Shown piece after piece: positions 20,499 to 28,937 of a DNA stretch of 64,000 nt. Numbering within the stretch: the first letter of the stretch is position 1; each line of letters begins with the position of its first letter. Both the position numbers and the translations under genes were made by a program. Location of the stretch: positions 49 through 64,048 of the forward strand of contig JAQCLD010000009.1 of NCBI GenBank assembly GCA_027592785.1, given 5' to 3'. Below the pieces are notes generated by a model. The model did not search any database. It had not been told where the DNA came from and saw only the letters and a program-made list of their open reading frames with translations. This stretch comes from Acidobacteriota bacterium (GTDB lineage Bacteria; Acidobacteriota; Terriglobia; Bryobacterales; UBA6623).

Positions 20499-21758
20499 TC
20501 AGCCTTGGGAATCGACGTCAAACACCAGGCTACGCAAAATGGCCAATAGCGCAAGACTGGCCGCTCCGGTCAGCACGTAGATCAGCCAGGGCACCTGCTC
20601 GGATAAAGGCGGTTCGGGCGCCTCGTAGGTTGGGTTCAACTGTTGGGGTCCCAGCTGCAAGAGCGGGACGGTTTCATCGAACTTGTCCGGCAGTTCGACT
20701 TTAAGGTTGTAGTCCGGCGAGGGAGCGGAAGGGTTCCCGTAGTAGAGCCGCAGAGGCTGGGCGGTTGCAGCGCTAAGGTCCGCCACGAGTTGCCGGGAGG
20801 CGATTAGAACGGCCGGCTCTAGGATGTCCAGAGGGGCATCGCCGCCGTCGGCGATGATCAACTGCAACTGGCGGGCAAAGGCTTCCTGAAAGCGGAGCGT
20901 CGTCACGTCGGATCGAGCTTCGGCGCTGCGCCTGAGTCGGCCGACCGAGAGCGGAAAGGGAGCGATGTTGTCGCCCATCACAGCTAGGAGCTGATAGGTC
21001 CGAACGAACGAGATGTTGGGAGTATTGAACCGCAGGGCGTGAACAGGGATGCGTCCGGGCAGGTAGATCGTGTATCGCGAGACCGTGAGTTCGCCCTCCA
21101 CGATCGTTTCTCGCGTCGCGGACTCAGCAGGGACCGCCTGTTCTTCTCCAGGCACAACGGTCGCTCGCTCGACCGCCGCGGATTCGATGACCGGCGGCTC
21201 GGAGTCAGCTTGTTGGTCAGGAGCGACAGTGATGCGCACGTAGCGATACTCGCTCGGGGGATACGGTACACGATCGACCGCAGCGGTGCCGCCGTTCCCT
21301 GTGAGCCGTAGAATCAAGCCGCGCTCTGTCAGCGGCGTCCACTGCTCAGCGTCGTCGCTGCCGAATACGGCCACTTGGCGCCGAAAGCGGGGACCTTGCG
21401 TGTCGACCTGCACTTGGTTGTGCTCGCCTGGGTTCTCGCCAAGGTCCAGGATAATTTCGGAAGCGTCACCTTCCACGCCGCGGCTGACCTCAAGTGCTTC
21501 GTAGGATTCGGCGTTTCGCTGACCAACTAGGACGCGCAACTCGTAGGGAACTTCTTTGCCGGCGGCATCAAAGATACGCAAGTCAGCGGCGTCATCGCGG
21601 GTATTCGCCAGAATCTCGGCGTCGAGCGATAGGGTTGCGATAGCTGTGTGGGAGCCGGTAGAGATCTCTTTGTAGAATTGCCAGCCGCTGAGCGAGTCAA
21701 GACCCTGCGCCGCGAGGAGGGCGGCGGCGGACAGCGCCAGCGCGAACAGTCGTCTCAT
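20499..21758 (-). CDS. hypothetical exported protein with C-terminal transmembrane anchor (possibly DUF3999-like)
   Basis: Start set at ATG 21758 (MRRLFALALSAAALLAAQG signal peptide). C-terminal helix VPWLIYVLTGAASLALLAILRSLV. Lies 19 nt downstream of the VWA gene on the same strand. Confidence 0.6.
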   Translation of the reverse strand: MRRLFALALSAAALLAAQGLDSLSGWQFYKEISTGSHTAIATLSLDAEILANTRDDAADLRIFDAAGKEVPYELRVLVGQRNAESYEALEVSRGVEGDASEIILDLGENPGEHNQVQVDTQGPRFRRQVAVFGSDDAEQWTPLTERGLILRLTGNGGTAAVDRVPYPPSEYRYVRITVAPDQQADSEPPVIESAAVERATVVPGEEQAVPAESATRETIVEGELTVSRYTIYLPGRIPVHALRFNTPNISFVRTYQLLAVMGDNIAPFPLSVGRLRRSAEARSDVTTLRFQEAFARQLQLIIADGGDAPLDILEPAVLIASRQLVADLSAATAQPLRLYYGNPSAPSPDYNLKVELPDKFDETVPLLQLGPQQLNPTYEAPEPPLSEQVPWLIYVLTGAASLALLAILRSLVFDVDSQG

Positions 21759-21777
21759 GAATCTAGTGTCTCGCGGT

Positions 21778-23340
21778 TCAGTTGGCGTAGTAACCGGGTC
21801 GGGCCCGGACGGTGACGTCCGGTTCGTCCACCGAGACTTCAACGGCTCGCCAAGAACCATCGAAGTCTTGGTTGTCGGGATAGTAGCCAAGGCTGTAGAC
21901 GCTGCGCAGGTCGGCCTCAATCAACGGGAAGACGGGATCAAGATCGGAAATATCGTCAGCGGGGAACATGCGTCCGCCGGATGCGAGAGCCAAGTCCGCC
22001 ATCCGTTCCTGGGCACGCTCGAAAAAGGATTTCTTGAATCGCCGCCCCGAAAGTAGAAAAACGGGATAGATGATGGCGTGCATCTCTTCGGCGGCACGCT
22101 TCAAATCTCTAAACCTGACGGATGATGGCGCTTCTTGCCCGGTTATCTGATTGTCTAGGCCGTCGGAAATCACAATCAGTGCGTTGCGTTCATCGGGACG
22201 CTGGTGAAGTTCCTGTGCGTAGGCAAGGGTGATGATGTCGTAGAGCGGAGAAGCTCCGGCGATAGCGGGAAGATTCCTCACCGCGGCTAACAGGGCCTCG
22301 CGGTCATCGCTAAGCGGCGAGACGACCTGAAACATCCCTTGGGTCAGAGCGTATATCGCCACGCGGTCTCCGGGTCTGGCCATATCAACGAAGCGGCGAG
22401 CGGCAGTGCGCATGTGTCTCAGATCGGGAGCGGCGCTGCCGCTCATATCGAGCAACACGACAAGATTGAAGGCCGCGTCCCCGGCCTGGATGTTGGCGAC
22501 CCTTTGCTCAACGCCGCCTTCGAAAACGTGAAAATGGGCCGCAGACAGCATGGTCGCGGGATTGCCGTCGCGGTCGCTGACGGCCATCGTGAGGTTGACC
22601 ATGCGAACATCCGATCGGAAAACAAGTTCGCCGGGGGAGTCGTCTCGATCGGAAGGAGCGGCCGCAGGCTCGGAATTGATTGGGAGAGTCGCGGGCCTCG
22701 ACAACCTTTCTAGTTCTAGGGCGGCATCCCAGTGGAAACGAAGCGGCCAGCCTTCGGGCGGCTCGAAGGCGGTAATTTCAACTTGGCGCGGGGCTCGCGA
22801 CTTGATGCGGTAGTCGCCGTAGGTGATCGAGTTCTCCGGCAAACGATCTCGGAGGCGCCAAAGCGTGCGACCGCCCGCTAGGTCGAGGTTCGAGGCGCGC
22901 AACAGCCGTTTGTCAGGGGTTATGAAATCGGGGGGAGGAACGTCCGCATCGAGCGTGAGCCGAGTGCCGCGCAAGGGGATGTTCAAGAGAATCGCGCCAG
23001 TGTCCGTTTCCAAGCGCGCTAGGTGCACCATACCCTGAACGGAAATTGCGCCATCCACCGTGCTGGCCTCGAGTGAGAACCCAAGGGGAAGACGAATGAT
23101 CAAATCCAGCGGCGACTGACGAGGTCGAACTTGCAATCGAACGTCGTCTCCGTTGCGCACAACGTCGATATCTTGCGCGGCCACTAAGGGCTCGGCGGAC
23201 CGCCCCTCGACCGTCAACTGGGTGGTGGCCGTTACGATCACTTCGATGCTGCCGGCCTCGTTGTCGACCGACAGGCTAGCGGCGGCGCACACAGTGGCCG
23301 CCACGGCGACTCCAACCATCAGGCGCATCGGGCGCAGCAT
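21778..23340 (-). CDS. VWA domain protein (VWFA-related acidobacterial domain type) with N-terminal beta-rich region
   Basis: 520 aa with a signal peptide. MIDAS motif in NLVVLLDMSGSAAP. Blocks VISDGLDN and YSLGYYP are typical of the acidobacterial VWFA family as I recall it. Confidence 0.8.
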   Translation of the reverse strand: MLRPMRLMVGVAVAATVCAAASLSVDNEAGSIEVIVTATTQLTVEGRSAEPLVAAQDIDVVRNGDDVRLQVRPRQSPLDLIIRLPLGFSLEASTVDGAISVQGMVHLARLETDTGAILLNIPLRGTRLTLDADVPPPDFITPDKRLLRASNLDLAGGRTLWRLRDRLPENSITYGDYRIKSRAPRQVEITAFEPPEGWPLRFHWDAALELERLSRPATLPINSEPAAAPSDRDDSPGELVFRSDVRMVNLTMAVSDRDGNPATMLSAAHFHVFEGGVEQRVANIQAGDAAFNLVVLLDMSGSAAPDLRHMRTAARRFVDMARPGDRVAIYALTQGMFQVVSPLSDDREALLAAVRNLPAIAGASPLYDIITLAYAQELHQRPDERNALIVISDGLDNQITGQEAPSSVRFRDLKRAAEEMHAIIYPVFLLSGRRFKKSFFERAQERMADLALASGGRMFPADDISDLDPVFPLIEADLRSVYSLGYYPDNQDFDGSWRAVEVSVDEPDVTVRARPGYYAN

Positions 23341-23361
23341 GTCCTTATGCTACAGCGTCAG

Positions 23362-25800
23362 TTAGACGCGCACCTCGACGATGGTCGCCCCACCCCCGCC
23401 TTCTTGCTGCTCGGCCTGGTAGTACTTTTCTACGTGGATGTGACCGGCAAACATTTTCCAGAGAGCCTTTCTAAGGGTATTGGCGCCGAAACCGTGGATC
23501 ACGCGCAGACGCTCGACTTCGGCCAGCACAGCCTCGTCGAGAAACTTGTCTACGGCGTCAGATGCTTCGTCCACGGTCTGGCCGATCACGTTAATTTCGG
23601 TGAGCGAGGCTCGCGATTTGATCTCGGACGAGTAGGTCACACCGACGGGTAGGCGCAACTGCGAGGCAGACTGCTCTTCGCAGAGGGTCATGTCGGTCTC
23701 GGCGACGCGCATTTTGAGCTGGCCCACTTGGACTTCCCAAGCTTCGTCGCCGACCTGGCGGACGACACGGCCCCGGGTTCCAAAGGAAGCCAGCTTGACC
23801 TCGATGCCCGGCTCGATGGCGAACTTAGCTGCCTGTTGCTCTTGGGGTTCGATACCGAGTGTTTCGTTGAGAGCGGCGGTGAAGGTTTCTTGGGCTTTGC
23901 GGTGAACGCGAGCGGCCGAAGTTTCTGATTGGGCGACGCCACGGCGAGATGCGGCGCGGGCGTTGATCGTCCGCAAGGCTTCTTCGAGCGCCTGGCTATT
24001 GGCGGCCTCGGCGCGGCGCAAGGCTCCGTGGAAACGGCGTTCCATCTCGCCTTTGATCTTGGTTTCCATCTCGGAAGCGGATTGGTCGACAGCCTTTTCG
24101 CGCTCGGCCAGCCGTTTTTCGGCGAAGGCTACTTTTCTCTCGCGGTCGTCAGCCTCAGCGACCTTGGCGTGGAGGCTGTCGAGAAATTTAGCGGTTTCTT
24201 GCTCCTCGTCGGCAAGCGCCTGGCGGGCGCGTACGATGATGGCTTCGGGAACGCCGAGACGCTGGGCCATGGCCAGACCGGCGGACTGGCCGGGAAGGCC
24301 GATCACCAGACGGTGCGTCGGCGATAGGGTGGCTGGGTCAAAACCCATAGCGGCGCTGACGACGCCGGGCTGATTCGCGCCCCAAACCTTGAGGCGCGGG
24401 AGATGAGTGGAGGCCAGCGTGAAGGCCCCGGCGTTGAGCAAATGCTCGACGACTGCTACGGCGAAAGCCCCGCCTTCTTGGGGGTCGGTGGCGGCGCCGA
24501 TTTCGTCGACGATGACCAGCGAGCCGCTAGTCGCTTCGGCCATGGTGCGCTTGAGGTTTTCGATGTGAGCAGAGAACGTGCTGAGACTGGCCTCGATCGA
24601 CTGCAGGTCGCCGATGTCGGCGACGATGCGGGTGAACCAGGGAAACTCCGCTTCGTCGGCAGGAACCGGGATGCCTAACTGGGCCATGACGGCGAGTAGG
24701 CCGACCGTCTTGAGTGCGACGGTCTTGCCGCCGGCGTTGGGCCCGCTGATCACCAAGGTGCGGCGTTGCTCGGAGAGGTCGAGATCTAACGGTACAGCCT
24801 TGATGCCTTGCCGCTTGAGGACGTCTTCGAGCAACGGGTGCCGTGCCCAGCGCAGCTTGACGCGCGGCGCTGTGTGGTCGCTGAAGTGGGGTATGCAACA
24901 GCGGAACTCCTGAGCGAATTGGCCCCGCGCGAAGACCCACTCCAGCTCGGCCAAGGCGATCATCGCGCTACAGATCTCCTCGCGGCGTTCACGCAGGGCT
25001 TGGGTCATCTGGCGGAGGATGCGAAGGATCTCCTGCTGCTCCTCTTCCATCAGGCGCACCAGGCGATTGTTTTCGGCGATTGTTTCAAGCGGCTCGATGA
25101 AGACGGTTTGGCCAGTGCCGCTGGCGGAATGGATGACGCCCTCCACGCGCCCTTTCCAGCTAGCCTTTACGGGGACAACGGAGCGGCCATTGCGGATGGT
25201 CGAGTAGGCGTCCTGCAGTAGGCCGTCGTCGAAGTGGCGGCGCACGAACTTCTCAAGCGAGGTTTGGATACGGAGGCGCTGCTGATCGGTCTGGCGGCGG
25301 ATGCGGGCAAGATCGGAGCTGGCGTGGTCGCCCAGGGTACCGTCGGGTAGGATCTTGCCGCTCAGTTGGCGGCAGAGTTCGGCGAACTCGCCGATGCGGT
25401 CGGCGTACGCGCCCAACAAGGGGCGGCGGCTCTTCTCGCGCCAGAGGCGTTGCTTGGTTTCTTCGGCGCGATTGAGCAGTTCGAGGACGGCGGATATCTC
25501 GGCAGGTTCGAGAACGGTTCCTTGGGTCTCCAATTGATCGATGTAGGCGCGGCAGTCCTGTAGTCCGACGAAGCGCGGAAGCGGCGTTAGAGTGCGGCGA
25601 TCCGGGGAGGCGGCTGAGCGAATCCACTCCATGGCCTCGGCGACTTCGGCCAAGGACGCCGCGGCCGCTTTGGCCCCAGTCAACGGACCTTGGGCGGCGG
25701 CGGCCTCAAGCTGAGTTTGGCCGAGCGGACTGGCGACATAACGCTCGAGAATCTCAAGCAGCGCGGGCCACTCTAGGGCAACCAAGGCGTCGGAACTCAT
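23362..25800 (-). CDS. mutS2: endonuclease MutS2 (MutS domain + C-terminal Smr)
   Basis: 812 aa. Walker A in ISGPNAGGKTV, followed by DEIGAATDPQEG. C-terminal Smr block LRVIHGFGANTLRKAL. Confidence 0.95.
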   Translation of the reverse strand: MSSDALVALEWPALLEILERYVASPLGQTQLEAAAAQGPLTGAKAAAASLAEVAEAMEWIRSAASPDRRTLTPLPRFVGLQDCRAYIDQLETQGTVLEPAEISAVLELLNRAEETKQRLWREKSRRPLLGAYADRIGEFAELCRQLSGKILPDGTLGDHASSDLARIRRQTDQQRLRIQTSLEKFVRRHFDDGLLQDAYSTIRNGRSVVPVKASWKGRVEGVIHSASGTGQTVFIEPLETIAENNRLVRLMEEEQQEILRILRQMTQALRERREEICSAMIALAELEWVFARGQFAQEFRCCIPHFSDHTAPRVKLRWARHPLLEDVLKRQGIKAVPLDLDLSEQRRTLVISGPNAGGKTVALKTVGLLAVMAQLGIPVPADEAEFPWFTRIVADIGDLQSIEASLSTFSAHIENLKRTMAEATSGSLVIVDEIGAATDPQEGGAFAVAVVEHLLNAGAFTLASTHLPRLKVWGANQPGVVSAAMGFDPATLSPTHRLVIGLPGQSAGLAMAQRLGVPEAIIVRARQALADEEQETAKFLDSLHAKVAEADDRERKVAFAEKRLAEREKAVDQSASEMETKIKGEMERRFHGALRRAEAANSQALEEALRTINARAASRRGVAQSETSAARVHRKAQETFTAALNETLGIEPQEQQAAKFAIEPGIEVKLASFGTRGRVVRQVGDEAWEVQVGQLKMRVAETDMTLCEEQSASQLRLPVGVTYSSEIKSRASLTEINVIGQTVDEASDAVDKFLDEAVLAEVERLRVIHGFGANTLRKALWKMFAGHIHVEKYYQAEQQEGGGGATIVEVRV

Positions 25801-26261
25801 GATCTTTTCTGGTCGCGCAGCATGAAGGCCTTTTCGATTACGTCCTGGAGGCCGGGCGTGAGGGAGCGTTCACTGAGTTCCGCGCGGTCCACCCAAGCGG
25901 CTTCCGCTGCGTCGTCGCCGGCGCTCAAGGCGCCGCCAACTGGTTCGCATAGATAGTCGAGCAGAACGTAGTGGTACTGTACAGCGCCGTTGTCGTCGGT
26001 CATGATGCGTTCGAATGCCTCGGCGAATTGCAGAACGCGGACTTCGAGTCCTGTTTCTTCAAGTACCTCTCGCCTAACCACTTGGTGGAGACTCTCGCCG
26101 AGTTCGAGCGCCCCGCCAGGCAAAGACCACAGGCCCCGCTGGGGTTCGTTGCCTCGCCGAACCAACAGGACGTCGTCTTGCTGCAAAACGATTGCCCCGA
26201 CTCCTGTGACTGGCTGAGAGGGGTAAGCGCGGCCCATTCGTCTTCGATTGGAGCATACCAA
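25797..26261 (-). CDS. NUDIX hydrolase
   Basis: Nudix box GGALELGESLHQVVRREVLEETGL. Its stop overlaps the mutS2 start (ATGA). TTG start at 26261, alternative ATG at 26237. Confidence 0.85.
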   Translation of the reverse strand: MVCSNRRRMGRAYPSQPVTGVGAIVLQQDDVLLVRRGNEPQRGLWSLPGGALELGESLHQVVRREVLEETGLEVRVLQFAEAFERIMTDDNGAVQYHYVLLDYLCEPVGGALSAGDDAAEAAWVDRAELSERSLTPGLQDVIEKAFMLRDQKRS

Positions 26262-26281
26262 AGGGGCTCGGACCGCTTGCT

Positions 26282-26683
26282 ATGCTAGGCATCGAGCCCA
26301 TGATGATGTTGTCGCGACGATTTGTCCTGCTCAGCGCCTTCGGCTTCGGCGGCATGGCTTGGGGCAAGGATAAGAAAGATAAGAAGAAAACGCGCCGCAA
26401 AGGCGGACCGCTGGGCCTGCTGTCGGGAACGGTGTTTCACCCGGAGGGCTTATCGCTTCGGGGGGCAAAGGTGACGGCGTACCCGACCGGCGGCGGGAAG
26501 GGTAAGTGGGAGAATATAACGGACGCGCGCGGCGAGTTCGCGCTTCGCGTTCCGGCGACCCCGGAAGGCGTCACTTACCGGTTGCGGGCTGAAGCCAAGG
26601 GAATGGAAACGCAGGAAAGGGAATTGACTGCCTACGAGGCGCAGCGAACGACCGCCAATTTTCGGATGACGGCGGCTGAATGA
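26282..26683 (+). CDS. small secreted carboxypeptidase-regulatory-like (CarboxypepD_reg) domain protein
   Basis: Signal-like MMMLSRRFVLLSAFGFGGMAWG, Lys-rich linker KDKKDKKKTRRK, then GTVFHPEGLSLRGAKVTAYP...DARGEFALRVP...YRLRAEAKG. Confidence 0.6.
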   Translation: MLGIEPMMMLSRRFVLLSAFGFGGMAWGKDKKDKKKTRRKGGPLGLLSGTVFHPEGLSLRGAKVTAYPTGGGKGKWENITDARGEFALRVPATPEGVTYRLRAEAKGMETQERELTAYEAQRTTANFRMTAAE

Positions 26684-26736
26684 AACGACGGAACGTTGCG
26701 GCCCGGAAGCGCGTCGAACAGCTAGGAGAGGAAATC

Positions 26737-27114
26737 ATGAGACTGCCCAATTTGCGGAATACCCTGGTCCTTGTCGCACTACTTGCGGCCTTGACCTCCA
26801 GCGCCGCCCTGGGCCAGGGCATTTTCGACAAGTACAAGAAGAAAGAGGCCCAGACGCGGTCCGTGAACGGCCTGGTGACAGACGAGGCGGAAGTCGCATT
26901 GCATGCGGTGGTGCAGTTGAAGAACATGCGCACGCTGGATGTAAAATCCTTCCACACGGATGACGCCGGCAAGTACTACTTCTACGGCCTCGATCCGAAT
27001 ATCGACTACGAGCTCCGTGCCTATGCCGATGGCTATGAGGCGAGGGTTCGCAAGGTCAGCAGTTTTGACGACCGCATGGAGTTGTTCTACGCCTTCGAGT
27101 TGAAGAAGGAGTAG
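26737..27114 (+). CDS. small secreted carboxypeptidase-regulatory-like domain protein (tandem paralogue)
   Basis: Start set at ATG 26737, preceded by TAGGAGAGG. Signal MRLPNLRNTLVLVALLAALTSSAALG, KKKE linker, then GLVTDEAEVALHAVVQLKN...DDAGKYYFYGLDPNIDYELRAYADGYE. Confidence 0.65.
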   Translation: MRLPNLRNTLVLVALLAALTSSAALGQGIFDKYKKKEAQTRSVNGLVTDEAEVALHAVVQLKNMRTLDVKSFHTDDAGKYYFYGLDPNIDYELRAYADGYEARVRKVSSFDDRMELFYAFELKKE

Positions 27115-27124
27115 GCGGATCCAG

Positions 27125-27592
27125 TTGCCCCGTGCAGCCTGGTTCCTTCTCTCACTCGTGCCGTTCAGCTGCGCGAGCCCTCCAACGGTTCGGGATCTGA
27201 GCGCCGCCGATTGGCAGCGGTTGATAGAAAGCCGTGAGACGCCGACGATTGTTTTCGCCTGGGCGAGTTGGTCTCGGGAGTCGGTTGAACTGCTGCCAAC
27301 GATCCTTGAGTTGGCACAAGAATATGAGGGACGCGGCGTCGAGTTCCTCTACGTTTCGTTGGACATCGATGACCCGCTGAACGCGCAGACGCTCATGCGG
27401 GAGTTGAACGGCCCGTCGTCTTACCGCATCGCCGCCGCGCTGGAAGAGGCCTCGGCGGCACTGGGGATTACGGAGCCGCCGGCGATGATTGGTTATCGCG
27501 GAGGCACAGCCCAATCAACGATCGAGGGGGATGCGCTGTCTCCCGAGAATGCCGAAGCCCTGGTCCAGGCGCTAGTGGCCAATCACCTGTAA
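27125..27592 (+). CDS. thioredoxin-fold (TlpA-like) exported protein with SxxS in place of CxxC
   Basis: TTG start with a signal-like N-terminus. The block TIVFAWASWSRESVELLP aligns by eye to FWASWCGPCRxEMP of TlpA/ResA proteins, with both Cys replaced by Ser. Confidence 0.5.
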   Translation: MPRAAWFLLSLVPFSCASPPTVRDLSAADWQRLIESRETPTIVFAWASWSRESVELLPTILELAQEYEGRGVEFLYVSLDIDDPLNAQTLMRELNGPSSYRIAAALEEASAALGITEPPAMIGYRGGTAQSTIEGDALSPENAEALVQALVANHL

Positions 27593-27805
27593 GTCGATGA
27601 TAAAAAGTCCGTCGCCGGAACACTCGCAGGCGGCAACGCGGGCTCGGGCGGGTTCCTGAGAGGCGGCCTTCCGCTCGGCAAGCTCAACGATGGCGCCGAT
27701 TCGCAGCGGCAGGAAGCCGCGTAGCCGGATTGCGCCATCTTGTCTGCTAAGGAAACGCGGCCTGTAAGGGGTCTTGCGGCCGGCAATATCGCAATGAAGA
27801 AGCAT
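27572..27805 (-). CDS. possible small PilZ-like protein (weak)
   Basis: 77-aa ORF directly downstream of the PilZ gene. GAIVELAERK...ARVAACECSGDGLFIIDLQ resembles the second half of the neighbouring PilZ barrel. No clear RxxxR / DxSxxG pair. Confidence 0.3.
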   Translation of the reverse strand: MLLHCDIAGRKTPYRPRFLSRQDGAIRLRGFLPLRIGAIVELAERKAASQEPARARVAACECSGDGLFIIDLQVIGH

Positions 27806-27810
27806 TGGGG

Positions 27811-28182
27811 CTAGTTGAGGTCCAAACTGGCGGCGATGGGCACGCGGTAGTTCTCGCAGAGTTCGACGCCGACGATGAACTCAGAACTGGACGGCTGGGA
27901 GTGACGCACCACGGCGCGACAAATGCCGTCGTCGCGCCGGATGCCGATGATGTCACCGGCATTGAGACGATGGTTTCCCCGAAAGGCGACGCCGTGTTCG
28001 GAAAAATTGATCATCTCCACGCGGGCGGGACGGGCCTGGCTGGTTTCGTCTCTCCAGATAATCGCCAGCTCGCCGGATGCGATCTCCCGAGGTTCTGAGC
28101 GGCGGTCGAATAGTACTCGACGCACGCCGAACCGGCTCAAGGTCGTTTGGACCCACGCCAATGGACTCCTACCGGAATGCAC
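27811..28182 (-). CDS. PilZ domain protein (putative c-di-GMP receptor)
   Basis: 123 aa. RxxxR (RSEPR) and N-x-S-x-x-G (NFSEHG) motifs at PilZ-typical spacing. GTG start. Confidence 0.65.
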   Translation of the reverse strand: MHSGRSPLAWVQTTLSRFGVRRVLFDRRSEPREIASGELAIIWRDETSQARPARVEMINFSEHGVAFRGNHRLNAGDIIGIRRDDGICRAVVRHSQPSSSEFIVGVELCENYRVPIAASLDLN

Positions 28183-28350
28183 GTGTTGATCATGCGTGGG
28201 GTAGTTCTAAGTTGTACATCGGGAAAAGCCAGCACGACGGTAGTACAGGAGTCCTGTATGACGCTGGGGAAGTTCCTAGCGGCGAGAGCGATTTGTTGCG
28301 CCGTTTCAGCGGCCAAGATACGATGGGTTGAGCGCTTTGCGCGCTCACAT

Positions 28351-28426
28351 CCCGGGGTAGCTCAGTGGTTAGAGCGAGGGACTCATAACCCCTAGGTCGG
28401 TGGTTCAACTCCACTCCCCGGGACCA
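28351..28426 (+). tRNA. tRNA with CAT anticodon (elongator tRNA-Met, or tRNA-Ile2 if lysidine-modified), CCA encoded
   Basis: Hand-folded cloverleaf. Acceptor CCCGGGG/CCCCGGG, D-arm GCTC-AGTGGTTA-GAGC, anticodon arm AGGGA-CTCATAA-CCCCT, variable loop AGGTC, T-arm GGTGG-TTCAACT-CCACT, discriminator A, then CCA. Confidence 0.9.
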
Positions 28427-28504
28427 ATACTTCCACACAAATTGAACCGGCTAGCGCCACTCGTCGTATGCTCTTGTGTGGCACGGTCGCTGCCGTGAGC
28501 GCTT

Positions 28505-28906
28505 ATGGAAGATTCCAATCCAGTCGCGATGAGTTCGGTTGAGGAAACGCCGGGAAGAAAAGTCTTCTGTCCTGACTGTGGCGCCTCGATGGCGGCGGAA
28601 GATCGTTTTTGCGGCAGCTGCCGGTGGGATGCTGAGAATCCGGAGCGCGATGCGGGACGCAGCTTGCCTGGCAGCCCCAGAAGCCTCGGGCCGCCGTCGG
28701 ATAAGAGCCGCATGACCGCACTGCTGTTATGCGTGTTCGCAGGCTTCCTAGGACTGCATCGATTCTATGTGGGGCGGACGGGCTCGGGCGTGCTTTGGTT
28801 CGTGACCTTCGGCCTCTTCTCGGTGGGTTGGATCTACGACCTAGTGATGGTTGCGACGGGCGAGTTTGTTGATGACCAGGGAAAGCGGGTGCTCTACTGG
28901 GAGTGA
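28505..28906 (+). CDS. zinc-ribbon + TM2 domain membrane protein
   Basis: FCPDCGASMAAEDRFCGSCRW (CxxC...CxxC zinc ribbon). TM2-type segment ALLLCVFAGFLGLHRFYVGRTGSGVLWFVTFGLFSVGWIYD. Confidence 0.8.
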   Translation: MEDSNPVAMSSVEETPGRKVFCPDCGASMAAEDRFCGSCRWDAENPERDAGRSLPGSPRSLGPPSDKSRMTALLLCVFAGFLGLHRFYVGRTGSGVLWFVTFGLFSVGWIYDLVMVATGEFVDDQGKRVLYWE

Positions 28907-28937
28907 GGGCTGGCGGCGGAAAACGGACCGGCGATAG

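Noticed and set aside
28183-28504. The tRNA(CAT) locus as a possible integration site for a genomic island. Small palindromes lie upstream (TGAGCGC-TTTGC-GCGCTCA at 28328-28346, and TACAGGA-G-TCCTGTA around 28243-28257).
   Set aside because: No integrase, no direct repeat of the tRNA 3' end that I could spot, and no phage or mobile genes downstream. The flanking genes look like ordinary chromosomal genes. The palindromes are short and plausibly promoter- or processing-related.
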